Of a stretch of 64,000 nt of DNA, positions 8,573-20,068 are shown piece after piece. This DNA comes from Candidatus Collierbacteria bacterium GW2011_GWC2_44_18 (lineage in GTDB: Bacteria > Patescibacteriota > Microgenomatia > UBA1400 > MFAQ01): contig LCIE01000002.1 of assembly GCA_001000865.1 (NCBI GenBank), positions 32,992 through 96,991 on the forward strand, given 5' to 3'. Under the pieces are notes generated by a model that saw only the letters and a list, made by a program, of their open reading frames with translations, ran no database searches and was not told the DNA's origin. Made by a program: the position numbers and the translations under genes. Every line of letters begins with the position of its first letter. Positions within the stretch are counted from its first letter, which is position 1.

Positions 8573-11500
8573 ATGATCAAACAAAAAAAACGCGAAAATT
8601 GGGGCAATATAGCCTCAAAGTTACCAGAATCGAACTTGGCCCAAACCCAGCTAGATTCTTACAAACAATTTCTCGAAGAAGGCATCCGTGAATCATTACT
8701 CGAACTAAATCCCATCAAAGACTTTACCGGAAAGGTCTTTGAATTTGAGTTTTTAAGCAATCGTGTTGGTCTCCCCAAGTTTTCTCCTAAGCAGGCTATC
8801 GAAAAAGGTGTCACCTTCGAATCTCCTCTCTGGGCTACCGTCAAGTTGACGAATCTCCATACCAAAGCGACTCAGCAGCAAGAAATATTCCTTGGGGATA
8901 TTCCCATGATGACTTCCATAGGTACCTTTATCATCAATGGTGTCGAACGTGTGGTCGTTAACCAGCTCGTTCGCTCCCCGGGTGCCTACTTTACCCGCGA
9001 ATTTGACCCTCATTCCGGTCGAGCCATGCATCAGGCTGAGGTACGACCCATGCGCGGTTCCTGGCTTGAGTTTATTGTTTCTCGAAATGACTATATTTCC
9101 GTCCGCATCGATCGGCACCGTAAAGTTTCCGCTACTACCCTTATTCGTGCTTTGGGCTATTCAACCAACGAGGAGATTCTGGCCCTTTTTGCCGGTGTAG
9201 ATACCGACAAAGAACATCGCTACATTGCCTCTACTCTCTTAAAAGATAACAGTACCAATACCGAAGAAGCGATCTTGGACTTCTACCAGAAAGTGCGACC
9301 CGGAGAGCCAGCCGTTTTGGAAAATGCCAAAGCCCTTCTCCACCAGATGTTTTTTGATTCCCGCCGTTACAATCTTGGCTTGGTTGGCCGTTACAAGATG
9401 AATCGTAAGCTGGGTATCAACACCCCTGTCGACAAGCAACACATCACTCTCAGTAACGACGACTTCATTGGCTCTATCAAATACTTGATTGGTCTTCAAA
9501 ATGGCCAGGGTAAAGTGGACGATATCGACCACTTGGCTAACCGCCGACTTCGCTGTGTCGGAGAACTGGTTAATCAAACTTCCTTCAAAGCAGGACTTTT
9601 AAGGCTCGAGCGTTCCATCAAAGAGAAGATGTCTCTTGCCAAGCCTGACGAGCTTCCCACCCCCGCCGCCTTTGTTAATCCTCGTCCAATTATCTCCGCT
9701 ATCACCGAATTCTTCCGCCGCAATAGACTTAGCTCCATCTTGGATCAGGTCAACCCTCTTTCCGAAGTTGACAACCTGAGGCGTATTTCGGTTATGGGAC
9801 CTGGAGGTATCACCCGTGAAAGAGCCTCTTTCTCCATGCGTGATATTCACTCTTCCCAATATTCTCGTATCTGTCCAGTCCGTTCTCCTGAAGGTCCCAA
9901 TATCGGTCTCGTTACCTATCTGGCCCTTTACTCCCGTATCAATCCTTACGGTTTTCTCGAAGCCCCATACCTCAAAGTCAACATAGTTGAAAAAGCCGGC
10001 AAAACTACCTTCAAAATTGGGGCAGAAGTTGTCTACTTAGCCGCCGATGATGAGGAAGATGCTTATATTACCCATGCAGGAATCGAGCGAGACGGCGACA
10101 TTATTACCCAGAAGTGGGTACCTGTCCGATTCGGAGGTAAATTCATTGAAGCAGACATTGATAAAGTGCAGTACATAGATGTAATACCCAGACAAGTTGT
10201 CGGTACGTCGGCCGCTCTAATTCCTTTTATTCAGCAAGATGAAGGTACGCGTGCTCTCATGGGCACTCACCATCTCACCCAGGCCCTTCCATTGGTCAAG
10301 CCTACCGCCCCCATCGTGGGAACCGGTATGGAAGAAGTCACAGCCAAGGGTATGGGTTGGGTGGTTTCTTCTGCTTTCGACGGGGAAGTTCTTTCGGTGG
10401 ACGGTAATCATATTAGTCTTAAGTTGTCAGCCAAAGACGCGGTTAAGGCCGTCACCGAGATTTCTCCTTACGACTATGGCTTTGTCGAACTTCACAAAGA
10501 CATCGTCACCTACAATCTTCGCAAATATCACAATTCTTCTCAGGATACTTGTTATAACCAACATCCATTAGTCGCCGTCGGTGACAAAATTAAAAAAGGA
10601 GATGTCATCATTAACGGCCCCGCCTCCGAAAACGGCGAGCTCGCCTTAGGTCAGAATCTCTTAATTGCCTATGCCGCTTTCGAGGGTTTGGGTTATGAAG
10701 ACGCTATCGTCGTTTCCGATCGTTGTGTTCGGGAAGACCTGCTCTCATCAATCCACATTCATGAACACAGTTGCGATGTTATGGATACCAAGCTGGGTGC
10801 CGAAGAACTTACGAGAGATATTCCTAATGTTGCAGAGGTTGATCTCAGAAATCTTGGTCAAGACGGTATTATTGCTATCGGTTCCGTTGTGGGACCCAAT
10901 GATATTCTGATTGGAAAAATTGCCCCCAAAGGAGAAACCGAATTAACTGCCGAAGAAAGACTTTTGAGAGCCATTTTCGGCGAAAAAGCTCGTGAAGTTC
11001 GCGACACCTCACTTCGTATGCCTCATGGTGAACAAGGTGTCGTCGTTTCCGTGAGAACTCTCAGTCGTGAAGAAGGGGATGAGCTGGATGCCGGAGTCAT
11101 TACTCAAATAAAAATCAAAGTTGCTCAGCTTAGAAAAATAACTGTTGGTGATAAAGTTGCCGGAAGACACGGGAACAAGGGTGTCATCAGTAAAATTGTT
11201 TCTGACGCCGATATGCCCCATCTCGCCGATGGCCGTCCGGTAGATATCATTATTTCTCCTCTTTCTGTTCTCGCTCGTATGAACCTGGGACAATTATTGG
11301 AAGCCCAACTGGCTTTTGCGGGTGAACAGCTGGACAGACGTTTTTCTGTTCCTGTCTTTGAAAAAGTTTCTGAATCTCAAATTACCGACGTTCTCAAAGA
11401 AGCCGGTTTACCTGTTACCGGCAAATCTCAGCTTTACGACGGACGTACGGGAGAACCTTTTGCTCAAGAAACCGCCGTTGGTGTTGGCTATATCATCAAG

Positions 11501-12019
11501 CTCAACCACATGGTTGAGGATAAGACTCACGCTCGTTCGATTGGACCTTACTCTTTAGTCACCCAGCAACCTCTTGGAGGTAAGGCTCAGATGGGTGGAC
11601 AGCGTTTGGGAGAAATGGAAGTTTGGGCTCTCGAAGCTCACAAGGCCGCTTACTCGCTCCAGGAGATGTTAACTTTAAAGTCCGATGATGTTGTTGGTCG
11701 CTCCAAAGCCTTTGAAGCTATAGTCAAGGGTGAGACCATCCCCATGTCCTCAATTCCTGAATCTTTTAAGGTCCTTGTCAAAGAGCTCAACTCACTTTGT
11801 CTCGCTGTCGTTCCTACCGGCCAGGTCGTGGCCGCTGTCGAAGAAGCTATGCCGGTCAAGCCGGAAATAGCCGCTGTTATTGACGAGGCTACTTCTATGT
11901 CCGATGAACTCAAAGCCTCGACTTTTGAAGAGGAGGATGAAAGTGGTGAGCCAATCGATGAGGTCAGTGAGGAATCTGCAGAAGCGGGAGATCCAAACCC
12001 GGATTTAGAAAATCAGTAA
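8573..12019 (+). CDS. rpoB: DNA-directed RNA polymerase subunit beta
   Basis: 1148 aa with hallmark RpoB motifs throughout (GDKVAGRHGNKGV, MNLGQLLE). Confidence 0.97.
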   Translation: MIKQKKRENWGNIASKLPESNLAQTQLDSYKQFLEEGIRESLLELNPIKDFTGKVFEFEFLSNRVGLPKFSPKQAIEKGVTFESPLWATVKLTNLHTKATQQQEIFLGDIPMMTSIGTFIINGVERVVVNQLVRSPGAYFTREFDPHSGRAMHQAEVRPMRGSWLEFIVSRNDYISVRIDRHRKVSATTLIRALGYSTNEEILALFAGVDTDKEHRYIASTLLKDNSTNTEEAILDFYQKVRPGEPAVLENAKALLHQMFFDSRRYNLGLVGRYKMNRKLGINTPVDKQHITLSNDDFIGSIKYLIGLQNGQGKVDDIDHLANRRLRCVGELVNQTSFKAGLLRLERSIKEKMSLAKPDELPTPAAFVNPRPIISAITEFFRRNRLSSILDQVNPLSEVDNLRRISVMGPGGITRERASFSMRDIHSSQYSRICPVRSPEGPNIGLVTYLALYSRINPYGFLEAPYLKVNIVEKAGKTTFKIGAEVVYLAADDEEDAYITHAGIERDGDIITQKWVPVRFGGKFIEADIDKVQYIDVIPRQVVGTSAALIPFIQQDEGTRALMGTHHLTQALPLVKPTAPIVGTGMEEVTAKGMGWVVSSAFDGEVLSVDGNHISLKLSAKDAVKAVTEISPYDYGFVELHKDIVTYNLRKYHNSSQDTCYNQHPLVAVGDKIKKGDVIINGPASENGELALGQNLLIAYAAFEGLGYEDAIVVSDRCVREDLLSSIHIHEHSCDVMDTKLGAEELTRDIPNVAEVDLRNLGQDGIIAIGSVVGPNDILIGKIAPKGETELTAEERLLRAIFGEKAREVRDTSLRMPHGEQGVVVSVRTLSREEGDELDAGVITQIKIKVAQLRKITVGDKVAGRHGNKGVISKIVSDADMPHLADGRPVDIIISPLSVLARMNLGQLLEAQLAFAGEQLDRRFSVPVFEKVSESQITDVLKEAGLPVTGKSQLYDGRTGEPFAQETAVGVGYIIKLNHMVEDKTHARSIGPYSLVTQQPLGGKAQMGGQRLGEMEVWALEAHKAAYSLQEMLTLKSDDVVGRSKAFEAIVKGETIPMSSIPESFKVLVKELNSLCLAVVPTGQVVAAVEEAMPVKPEIAAVIDEATSMSDELKASTFEEEDESGEPIDEVSEESAEAGDPNPDLENQ

Positions 12020-12045
12020 TTAAAGTAAACCTAAAAAAATAAAAC

Positions 12046-15000
12046 ATGAATAATATTGTCGATTTCTCAGGTTTGCAGATCAGACTCGCTAGCCCAGAAG
12101 ATATTCGTAGTTGGTCTTACGGTCTCGTAACCAAACCGGAAACTATTAATTACCGAACTCAAAAACCCGAAAAGGACGGTCTTTTCTGCGAACGAATTTT
12201 TGGACCCACCAAGGATTGGGAATGTTACTGTGGAAAATACAAACGAGTCCGCTTTAAAGGCATTGTTTGCGATAAATGTGGTGTCGAAGTTACTCTTAGC
12301 CGTGTCCGCCGCGAAAGGATGGGTCACATCGAGCTCTCTGCACCGGTTGCCCACGTTTGGTTCTTCAAGGGTGCTCCCAGTAAGCTTTCTTTACTACTGG
12401 ATATTTCACCAAAGGCTTTAACTTCAGTTATTTACTTTAGTAAATTCCTTATCATGTCGGTTAATGAAGAAGGACGCGAAGACGCTTTAAAGAGTATCGA
12501 AACTCAAAAAGAGGCCAAGCTCAACGAAGTCCATTCCAATTTTGACAAACAAATTGAAGATATCAAAGTACAGGGTGAAAAAGAAGTTTCCGAATTAAAA
12601 AAGAAAATTAAAGTTAAGGACGAATTAGAGCTTAAGACGGAAGATCTCAAGGTTCAATACAAACAAAAGGTCGCCTCGCTTCGTGAACAGATGGTAGTTG
12701 AGCTTGCTTTTACCGAAGAAATTTACAGCAAGCTTGGAACACTGATAGAAAGAATTCAAACCAATTCTTTGGTTTCCGATTCTGAATTTGCCAAGCTTGA
12801 AGAATACAGACTCGTTGATTGGCTTGAGGCTGGTATGGGTTCGGAAGCTCTTCTTGATGCTCTCAAAAAAGTCAATCTTGAAGAACTAGCTGCCAAACTC
12901 AAAGAAGATCTCAACAGTCCTTCGGAAGCCAAGAAGCTCAGAGCCACCAAACGGCTTCAGGTCGTTCGCGGTTTAGCTGACTCCAAGATCAAACCGGAAT
13001 GGATGATCGTTCAGACTCTCCCTGTAATTCCTCCCGATCTTCGTCCCATGGTTCAGCTTTCCGGTGGCCGTTTTGCGGCTTCTGATCTCAACGATCTCTA
13101 CCGCAGAGTTATCAACCGAAACAATCGTCTCAAACATCTCATCGACCTCGGTGCTCCGGAAATTATCTTGAGAAATGAAAAACGCATGCTTCAGGAAGCA
13201 GTCGACTCTCTGATTGACTCTTCTCAAGCTCGTTCTACTCGTCGATCCCGTACCGGTAAAACGCTCAAATCGTTGTCCGACATGCTCCGTGGTAAACAAG
13301 GCCGTTTCCGTCAAAACCTCCTGGGTAAGCGTGTAGATTACTCCGGTCGTTCTGTTATCGTCGTCGGACCTGAGCTCAAACTTAATCAATGTGGTCTTCC
13401 AAAAGATATGGCTTTAGAGATGTTTAAGCCTTTCGTTCTTCACGAGCTTATCAAGCAAGACATGGCTCCCAATGTTAAAGCCGCCAAAGTTTTGATTGAA
13501 AAACGCCAGCCGGAAGTCTTCGACATTCTTGAAAAAATTACTAAAAAACACCCTGTCCTCCTAAACCGTGCCCCCACACTTCACAAGCTTTCTATTCAAG
13601 CTTTCTGGCCAGTACTGGTTGATGGTGCCGCTATTCGTTTACATCCGGTAGTTTGTGGTGGTTTCAACGCTGACTTCGATGGAGATCAAATGGCCGTTCA
13701 TGTACCTCTTACCAAAAAAGCCATTATGGAAGCCAAGAAACACATGCTTCCTCAATACAACTTGGTCAAACCCTCAGCTGGTAACCCAGTTTCCATTCCT
13801 GACTCCAAAGAAATGGCCATTGGTGTTTATTATCTTACTTCGATCGATACCAAACTGGCCCCTTATACCATGCCTTTCTCCTCTCCTACCGAGGCCATCA
13901 CCGCCTACGAGACGGGAGCTTTGAATCCTCGTCAACCGATCAAAGTTCGCTTGATCGCCGGTAAGTCCGAACTTACGGAGACCACTGTCGGCCGCATTAT
14001 CTTCAATAAAATTCTTCCAAAAGAGTGGGCATTCATCAATCACAATCTTCCTCGAAAAGAAATTTCCGCCATGTTCCATCGAGCTATTAAAGAGATCGAC
14101 ATCAAACGTGTTGTCAGACTTATCGATGGTGTAAAAGATATTGGTTTTGCTTATTCCACCATTTCCGGTCTCTCCTTCGCCATTTCCGACAACGAAATGT
14201 ATTCTGGAAAAGACGCGGTGATTGAAGAGGGAAATAAAAAAGCCAAAGAGATCGAAGAGAACTACAATAATGGTCTGATAACCAACGAAGAAAGACGCAA
14301 GATCACCATTCAAATGTGGATGGACACCGCCGAAGACTTGGCCGAAAAAACCTGGCAAGAATTCTCCGAAGACAATCCGGTCCGTTTGATTATTGATACC
14401 GGTATGGGTCGTATTACCAAAAATACCATCAAACAGCTTTCGGCGATGCGTGGTGTTGGTGCCGATCCACTTGGAAATTTGATAGAACTTCCCACCAAAG
14501 GAAACTTCCGCGAAGGTCTAAACATCTTCGAATACGTTTCCTCCATTCGCAGTTCTAGAAAGGGTCTCACCGATACTGCCCTTCGTACCGCCGACGCCGG
14601 ATATCTTACCCGCCGGTTGGTAGATGTCAGTCATGATGCTATCATTCGAGCCGAAGACTGTGGTACTGATGAATTTGTCACTATTTCTACAGAGGATAGC
14701 CGAGGCAAGATCTTCGAAAAACGAATAAACTCCCGTTTCGCTGCCAAAAAAGTAATTTCTCCCGAAACTCACAAGGTTTTAGTTGGTGCCAGTGAGATGA
14801 TTACCGAAGAAGTCGCGGCCGAAATCGCCAAATCAGGAGTTAAAGAAGTCGAAGTTCGTTCTCCTCTTACTTGCAAGATGCGTTTCGGTCTCTGTGTAAA
14901 ATGTTATGGAAACAGTTTGGCCAGCAACTCTACCTCAGTCATTGGGGACCCTGCTGGTGTAACCGCCGCCCAATCCATCGGAGAGCCTGGAACCCAACTT

Positions 15001-15753
15001 ACTATGCGTACCAAGCACTCCGGAGGTGTCGCGGGAGTCGACGTGACTCAAGGGTTACCTCGGGTGACCGAACTTTTCGAGGTACGTCAGCCCAAACTGG
15101 TCGCCCCAATTTCCGAGGTTTCCGGTAAGGTTAAAATTGTCGAAACCGACAATGGTAATCTGGTTACCGTTACCCCTACAGGCAAAAAAGAAGATCGTAA
15201 GGAGTACCTCATTCCTTTAGCCATGCCTCTTAAGGTTGAGGATGCCGAAATGATCGCTGTTGGAACTCAGTTAGCCGCCGGCGGTGTCGATATCAAAGAG
15301 CTTCTCAAGATCAAAGGTCTCAGATCGGCCCAAAACTATCTCATTGGTGAAATCCAGGCTATCTACGAGTCTCAAGGAATCGGTATTCACGACAAACACT
15401 TTGAGGTCATCGTCCGCAAAATGTGTGACTATGTCCGTATAGACTCACTCGGAGATACCAGCTTGGTTGCTGGAGACGTCATAAGCCGGGGAAGTTACGA
15501 AATGGCTAACGAAGCGATCATTGCTCAAGGGGGAGAGCCTGCTACTGCTACCAACCTGATTCTCGGAACTATTCGCGCCGCTCTACATACCGATTCTTGG
15601 TTATCAGCCGCTTCCTTCCAGGATACCACTAGTGTCTTGACCGACGCCGCCACCCAAGGCAAGATTGATCATTTAGTCGGCATGAAAGAAAATGTTATTA
15701 TTGGTCGGTTGGTCCCCACAAGCAAGTTGCGTGCCAGGATCGAGAATATCTGA
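12046..15753 (+). CDS. rpoC: DNA-directed RNA polymerase subunit beta'
   Basis: 1235 aa with zinc-binding CxxC...CxxC N-terminus and the [12 protein letters not shown] catalytic motif. Confidence 0.97.
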   Translation: MNNIVDFSGLQIRLASPEDIRSWSYGLVTKPETINYRTQKPEKDGLFCERIFGPTKDWECYCGKYKRVRFKGIVCDKCGVEVTLSRVRRERMGHIELSAPVAHVWFFKGAPSKLSLLLDISPKALTSVIYFSKFLIMSVNEEGREDALKSIETQKEAKLNEVHSNFDKQIEDIKVQGEKEVSELKKKIKVKDELELKTEDLKVQYKQKVASLREQMVVELAFTEEIYSKLGTLIERIQTNSLVSDSEFAKLEEYRLVDWLEAGMGSEALLDALKKVNLEELAAKLKEDLNSPSEAKKLRATKRLQVVRGLADSKIKPEWMIVQTLPVIPPDLRPMVQLSGGRFAASDLNDLYRRVINRNNRLKHLIDLGAPEIILRNEKRMLQEAVDSLIDSSQARSTRRSRTGKTLKSLSDMLRGKQGRFRQNLLGKRVDYSGRSVIVVGPELKLNQCGLPKDMALEMFKPFVLHELIKQDMAPNVKAAKVLIEKRQPEVFDILEKITKKHPVLLNRAPTLHKLSIQAFWPVLVDGAAIRLHPVVCGGFNADFDGDQMAVHVPLTKKAIMEAKKHMLPQYNLVKPSAGNPVSIPDSKEMAIGVYYLTSIDTKLAPYTMPFSSPTEAITAYETGALNPRQPIKVRLIAGKSELTETTVGRIIFNKILPKEWAFINHNLPRKEISAMFHRAIKEIDIKRVVRLIDGVKDIGFAYSTISGLSFAISDNEMYSGKDAVIEEGNKKAKEIEENYNNGLITNEERRKITIQMWMDTAEDLAEKTWQEFSEDNPVRLIIDTGMGRITKNTIKQLSAMRGVGADPLGNLIELPTKGNFREGLNIFEYVSSIRSSRKGLTDTALRTADAGYLTRRLVDVSHDAIIRAEDCGTDEFVTISTEDSRGKIFEKRINSRFAAKKVISPETHKVLVGASEMITEEVAAEIAKSGVKEVEVRSPLTCKMRFGLCVKCYGNSLASNSTSVIGDPAGVTAAQSIGEPGTQLTMRTKHSGGVAGVDVTQGLPRVTELFEVRQPKLVAPISEVSGKVKIVETDNGNLVTVTPTGKKEDRKEYLIPLAMPLKVEDAEMIAVGTQLAAGGVDIKELLKIKGLRSAQNYLIGEIQAIYESQGIGIHDKHFEVIVRKMCDYVRIDSLGDTSLVAGDVISRGSYEMANEAIIAQGGEPATATNLILGTIRAALHTDSWLSAASFQDTTSVLTDAATQGKIDHLVGMKENVIIGRLVPTSKLRARIENI

Positions 15754-15772
15754 TAAAATACACGAGCAAACT

Positions 15773-16195
15773 ATGCCTACAACTAACCAACTAATTAAAC
15801 ACGGTCGCATCAACGCTACTCGAAAAATCAAAACTACTGCTCTCCGCAAGAGTTTTAACTCGGTCAAGCGTCACATGGTCGCTACCCAGAGTCCCCAAAA
15901 GGCCGGTGTCTGTCTACAGGTCAAAACCATGACCCCCAAGAAACCAAACTCCGCCCTTCGAAAGATCGCCCGTGTGCGTCTTAGCAACAAGCAGGAGGTT
16001 ACCGCTTATATCATGGGTGAAGGCCACAATCTGGCCGAGCACAGTATTGTCCTCATTCGCGGTGGTCGTGTTCGTGACCTTCCTGGTGTCAAATACCACA
16101 TTGTTAGAGGTAAGCTCGATACCGGTGGTATTGAAAAACGTCGCACCAGCCGTAGTAAATACGGCTCCAAGCGCCCCTCACCAGCCAAAAAATAA
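15773..16195 (+). CDS. rpsL: 30S ribosomal protein S12
   Basis: [12 protein letters not shown]...[10 protein letters not shown] motif. Confidence 0.95.
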   Translation: MPTTNQLIKHGRINATRKIKTTALRKSFNSVKRHMVATQSPQKAGVCLQVKTMTPKKPNSALRKIARVRLSNKQEVTAYIMGEGHNLAEHSIVLIRGGRVRDLPGVKYHIVRGKLDTGGIEKRRTSRSKYGSKRPSPAKK

Positions 16196-16196
16196 T

Positions 16197-16673
16197 ATGA
16201 GAAGTAAAAAAACCCCACCCAAAAAAATCCAATTTGATCCGATCTACGGCAGTCCTCTAATCGCCAAGCTAATCACTAGCGTTATGGAAGACGGCCGCAA
16301 GTCCGTCGCCGCCAAACAGGTCTACAAGGCGATTGATATTGTGGCCGAACAAACCAAGCAAGATGGAGTTGAATACCTTCACGCTTCTCTGGAAAACATC
16401 AAGCCTACCATCGAAGTCCGTTCTCGCCGAGTCGGAGGTGCTTCTTACCAAGTCCCTACTCCTATCCGTCCAGAGCGTCGTGACTCTCTCGCTATCCGCT
16501 GGCTAATCAATGCCGCCAAGGCGCGTGGAGCCAATCCTTACCGCACTCTGGCCGACAAGCTTGCGGCTGAGATCGTCGAAGCTCACGAAAATGCCGGTGC
16601 CGCCATCAAAAAGAAACTCGATACTCACAAAATGGCCGAAGCCAACAAGGCCTTCGCCCACTTCCGCTGGTAG
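16197..16673 (+). CDS. rpsG: 30S ribosomal protein S7
   Basis: S7-like sequence (MRSKKTPPKKIQFDPIYGS...) immediately after rpsL. Confidence 0.93.
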   Translation: MRSKKTPPKKIQFDPIYGSPLIAKLITSVMEDGRKSVAAKQVYKAIDIVAEQTKQDGVEYLHASLENIKPTIEVRSRRVGGASYQVPTPIRPERRDSLAIRWLINAAKARGANPYRTLADKLAAEIVEAHENAGAAIKKKLDTHKMAEANKAFAHFRW

Positions 16674-16764
16674 TCTTTCCCCGAGGAGTCTCCACCCTCG
16701 ACCCCTCCCCATCCTATTAGTGCTACAATATCCCATAAATCTCGCACTTTAACGGAGGCTATTG

Positions 16765-16968
16765 ATGCCCAATTTCTGTCCACTCGTAAATGGGATATGT
16801 AAAGCCACTTGCGTATTTTTCAACGCCAGACTCAGAACCTGCCTTATTCGTGATGCGGCTCTTGCCATACTTTCTCTGCCCAATAAGGTAGAAGCCATCC
16901 AGGAAGGCGTCGAAGATCTGCCCGACAAAATCGTCGATCAATTTGTCGAAATCAACCGAGAAGATTAG
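16765..16968 (+). CDS. small Cys-containing hypothetical protein (67 aa)
   Basis: GGAGG RBS then ATG; followed by an intrinsic terminator. Confidence 0.35.
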   Translation: MPNFCPLVNGICKATCVFFNARLRTCLIRDAALAILSLPNKVEAIQEGVEDLPDKIVDQFVEINRED

Positions 16969-16980
16969 GAGCCTAAATTG

Positions 16981-17004
16981 CAGGCCGCCCGAAGGGCGGC
17001 CTTT
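16981..17004. terminator. bidirectional intrinsic terminator
   Basis: ggccgcccgaagggcggcc hairpin flanked by A and T runs, between convergent genes. Confidence 0.6.
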
Positions 17005-17948
17005 TAAGTCTCCCTCTCCAAAAAATATTGAGTTAGGCAGAAGCGATATCCGGGACCTCGTTTGTATGATGCCACAATTTCTTTTTGTTCATCGGTCAGT
17101 TTTTCAAAATCTTTTTCGGTCAGATGGGCCAGAATCAAAACATCACTTCGTCTCAGTTCTATTCCTGTCTCTTTCTGTATTTGATCTAGTATCTCTTTCT
17201 GTACAGGCGCATATTTTTTATAAATATAATCTGATGTAAACTTATGAAAAACTTTTTCGGCGATAATCAGTGACAGAATATTCTTAAACCACTTTGTTCC
17301 ATATAGCGTCTGGACCGGCTCCCGACTAAAGGTAAAACCAACTCTGTAGTAAAACAATCCAAATGGTTTGCTCATAGAAGTCAGCACCGCGATGATATTG
17401 GGGTGTGTCATGTCAAACCTGTGTTTCTTGGTTAACCCTAGATATGCCATATCCACAACTACTTTGTTCCCCAAATCAGCAATTTGATTGATTAAAGAGT
17501 CCGGTAAAATATTGCCATCTCTGCCCGATGGGTTTGATATAAACCAATACCCGGGCATCAACGCCTTAATCACCTCTATATCCTCCTTAACTTCCTGCAC
17601 GGTTAGGCCCAGGCCAGCCGCGCATTCCCGGTAACCTTCGTACTCACCCTCTAAAGTGTAAATCGGAGAGTCGGGATGGTCCTTTTTAATCCTTGATAGT
17701 AGGTGATAGATACCTTCGCTCGAACCACTCGTTGGATAACGATAGCCAAATCCTTCTAATCCCTTGACGTCTTTTTTATAAAACTTAATCATCTTTTCAG
17801 TGATCGGTTTTTCGTAGTCATCCAATCCGGGTGAAATAGATTTCAAAAACTCTCCATGCGGAAAATCAGCTGTAATCTTCGAAATTAATTTTCGTATCTC
17901 CGGAAAATAGTAGGAGTACACCGCCCTAATTGTCTTTAATTTCTCCAT
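17004..17948 (-). CDS. PLP-dependent aminotransferase (class I/II fold; HisC/CobD-like)
   Basis: NPSGRDG, DMAYLGL and SMSKPFGL (PLP-lysine SxSK) motifs. 314 aa. Confidence 0.65.
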   Translation of the reverse strand: MEKLKTIRAVYSYYFPEIRKLISKITADFPHGEFLKSISPGLDDYEKPITEKMIKFYKKDVKGLEGFGYRYPTSGSSEGIYHLLSRIKKDHPDSPIYTLEGEYEGYRECAAGLGLTVQEVKEDIEVIKALMPGYWFISNPSGRDGNILPDSLINQIADLGNKVVVDMAYLGLTKKHRFDMTHPNIIAVLTSMSKPFGLFYYRVGFTFSREPVQTLYGTKWFKNILSLIIAEKVFHKFTSDYIYKKYAPVQKEILDQIQKETGIELRRSDVLILAHLTEKDFEKLTDEQKEIVASYKRGPGYRFCLTQYFLERET

Positions 17949-17972
17949 ATTTATTGATAATTTTTAACTCGT

Positions 17973-18040
17973 TGTCATCCCGCACCTTCCCGAGGAGTCT
18001 CCTTGTAGGTATTCCTGCGAGGAGACTCCTCATTGGTCTC
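17973..18040. repeat. Family-A variant palindromic element (GTCATCCCG...GGAGTCTCC/GGAGACTCC)
   Basis: Intergenic inverted repeat between the aminotransferase and the radical SAM gene. Confidence 0.55.
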
Positions 18041-18048
18041 CATCTCCG

Positions 18049-18924
18049 TTAAAGAATAATCGCCCCTTTGTACTGCCAATCGAATCTAATGTGCCCATCC
18101 GGAAAGAATATCATTTGCCGAATATCATCTGTACCCGGTTTAATCGTCAAAGCGTCCGTCAAGCACACATTCTGCCCGTCTATGTCAAAGATTCTTGAAT
18201 TGTGCCCATAAGAAAGTAGTAGTCTCCCGTGCTTCTCCGCCCATCGATTAATATCCGAGATCTTCTTCGCAGTTAGCATAAGGTTCAGTGTATCTGCCTT
18301 ATATTTTTCACTCTCCGATTCTTCGGGTGCCGCCACTGGTCGCAGCGAAACTTGCTCTACCCCCCATTTGTTGGCTGTTTCAACCATCTTTTGCGCCTCT
18401 TTTGGTGTGTCGATGTGATCTTTAATCAAGACCACCGAAAATCTCACTGAGTATCCAATCTTGTGTAGTTTATCGATTAATTTTCCCAAATCAGGGTAAG
18501 TCTTTTTTCCAGGCACATAATTTGCTCTATTCTTCTCTGGGTCATAATGCACCACCGATATCGAGATTATCGATAGGCCCAGCTCATACCACTCTTTCAA
18601 ATATTTGTCATATTTTTCTGACTGCTCCGAAAACAATATTCCATTTGTCTGCAGTTCCAGAATCGGAAAGTCATATTTCTGGAGGTGTTGGAGATAATCG
18701 GTGATTTGATCAGGGAATAATGTTGGCTCACCTTTACCCGTTAACAATACGCTGGTGATGTTATTTACTTGCGCCATCCGACAGGCTTTGTGAAAGTTTA
18801 TCCAGTTCACCTTCGTCGGTCTCATCCCAATCTCCTTTACCCCCGTCATTTTCGAGACACAAAACGGACACTTCGCATTACATATTGCATTGCCTGAAAC
18901 TACTGTAAACGTTTGTATCTTCAT
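18049..18924 (-). CDS. radical SAM enzyme (no SPASM domain), function unknown
   Basis: CNAKCPFC = CX3CX2C near the N-terminus. 291 aa. Confidence 0.75.
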   Translation of the reverse strand: MKIQTFTVVSGNAICNAKCPFCVSKMTGVKEIGMRPTKVNWINFHKACRMAQVNNITSVLLTGKGEPTLFPDQITDYLQHLQKYDFPILELQTNGILFSEQSEKYDKYLKEWYELGLSIISISVVHYDPEKNRANYVPGKKTYPDLGKLIDKLHKIGYSVRFSVVLIKDHIDTPKEAQKMVETANKWGVEQVSLRPVAAPEESESEKYKADTLNLMLTAKKISDINRWAEKHGRLLLSYGHNSRIFDIDGQNVCLTDALTIKPGTDDIRQMIFFPDGHIRFDWQYKGAIIL

Positions 18925-18934
18925 CTTAGTGTAA

Positions 18935-18963
18935 AGTATACACTATACCTCTCACCTTGTCAA
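18935..18963 (-). promoter_or_regulatory. consensus sigma70 promoter (minus strand) TTGACA-N17-TATACT driving the radical SAM operon
   Basis: Reverse complement reads ttgacaaggtgagaggtatagtgtatact. The ATG lies about 10 nt downstream. Confidence 0.55.
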
Positions 18964-18970
18964 TCCTCGT

Positions 18971-18998
18971 TCGTCATTCCGGGCTTGACCCGGAATCC
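18971..18998. repeat. Family-A variant (GTCATTCCGGGCTTGACCCGGAATCC)
   Basis: Near-identical copy at 27708-27736. Confidence 0.75.
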
Positions 18999-19075
18999 AT
19001 CCCCTGGTACAATACCCCATAACGTTTTCGTCGCGCACTCAGGTACTTTGATATACATCAAGGAGATATTTCAAA

Positions 19076-19471
19076 ATGAGGATATTTAGCTTTCTTTTAC
19101 CCCGTAGGCCACAGCCTCCGCATCCTGATACTCCCATTGAAACTTGGATCGTTGAGATATTAGAAGCTCCGGAAGGACCCGTCTTAAACAAAACTTTGAT
19201 CATTACCGAGAGCTGGTCTCGGGCCAACAGTCGACCTCCTCTCCATCAGGATCATCAGTTTGGGCCAAGCAAACCGATCGTTTTTGTCATTAATGAATTG
19301 CCTGGTTCTAAACGGTATCGTGTCTATACCAAATCAGACTTTGATATTCAGTTCGGCGAGATCACGACCAGAACACCTGAAGAAAGAATCGAGGTCAAAG
19401 ACAGTTACGGTAACATGCTTGCCGATGCCGTAGAAGAACTCAGACAAATACATGCCAGATTGCAGAAATAG
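19076..19471 (+). CDS. hypothetical protein (131 aa)
   Basis: AAGGAG RBS upstream; no recognisable domain. Confidence 0.5.
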   Translation: MRIFSFLLPRRPQPPHPDTPIETWIVEILEAPEGPVLNKTLIITESWSRANSRPPLHQDHQFGPSKPIVFVINELPGSKRYRVYTKSDFDIQFGEITTRTPEERIEVKDSYGNMLADAVEELRQIHARLQK

Positions 19472-19479
19472 AGGTTCTC

Positions 19480-20046
19480 ATGTTCGTCTTTCAAGGACAT
19501 CAAATCGTCTCATTGCTTGGCACTTTAGTCATGGTGGTGTGGTTCATTCTACCCCTGATCTTCAAAAAGCTGAAGATCATGCCTAAGATCGGGCGTGGAA
19601 TGAAGTTCCGGGATTATTTCTGGGTGTATGCGTATGCCCTGTTGATCCCGAACTCCACATACGCCTTCTTTGAACTTCGGCACCTAATCTTCATCGATCA
19701 CGTTGCCGATGTTCTGACTCCCTCTTCCTTCATGGTTTTTGGAAGCATTTCTTTGATCGGCCTCCTGACAACGATCTGGGGAATTCGGCTGGTGGTGGAC
19801 TATTATGCTAAATCCAAGATGGAGCGAGTCGTTTACACACTTGCTCTTTCTCTAATCTGTGGCTTCGGGGCCGTGATCGGCCTCCTGGACTTCGCCAGTT
19901 TCTCTGCAGTTCTCTTCCCTCCGGTTTTGATTCTCATCGCCATTGTATTGCTTGGGCATCCGTTCCTCATCCGGGTCGCCCTGGTCACGGCTACGTTTCT
20001 ATTTTTTCTGAATCTCCTTCTCGACTGCTTTCAAAAACCCACCTAA
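19480..20046 (+). CDS. polytopic membrane protein (188 aa, 5-6 TM helices)
   Basis: Hydrophobic helices throughout; terminator follows. Confidence 0.55.
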   Translation: MFVFQGHQIVSLLGTLVMVVWFILPLIFKKLKIMPKIGRGMKFRDYFWVYAYALLIPNSTYAFFELRHLIFIDHVADVLTPSSFMVFGSISLIGLLTTIWGIRLVVDYYAKSKMERVVYTLALSLICGFGAVIGLLDFASFSAVLFPPVLILIAIVLLGHPFLIRVALVTATFLFFLNLLLDCFQKPT

Positions 20047-20068
20047 CAGTGGGTTTTTCTTTTTGTGA
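20036..20068 (+). terminator. intrinsic terminator
   Basis: aaaaacccacctaacagtgggtttttcttttt. Confidence 0.65.

Noticed and set aside
12067-14772. Numerous minus-strand ORFs inside rpoB, rpoC, fusA and tuf (e.g. 13774..14358, 20219..20686, 21500..22003)
   Set aside because: Shadow ORFs antisense to highly conserved genes, with no RBS and biased composition.
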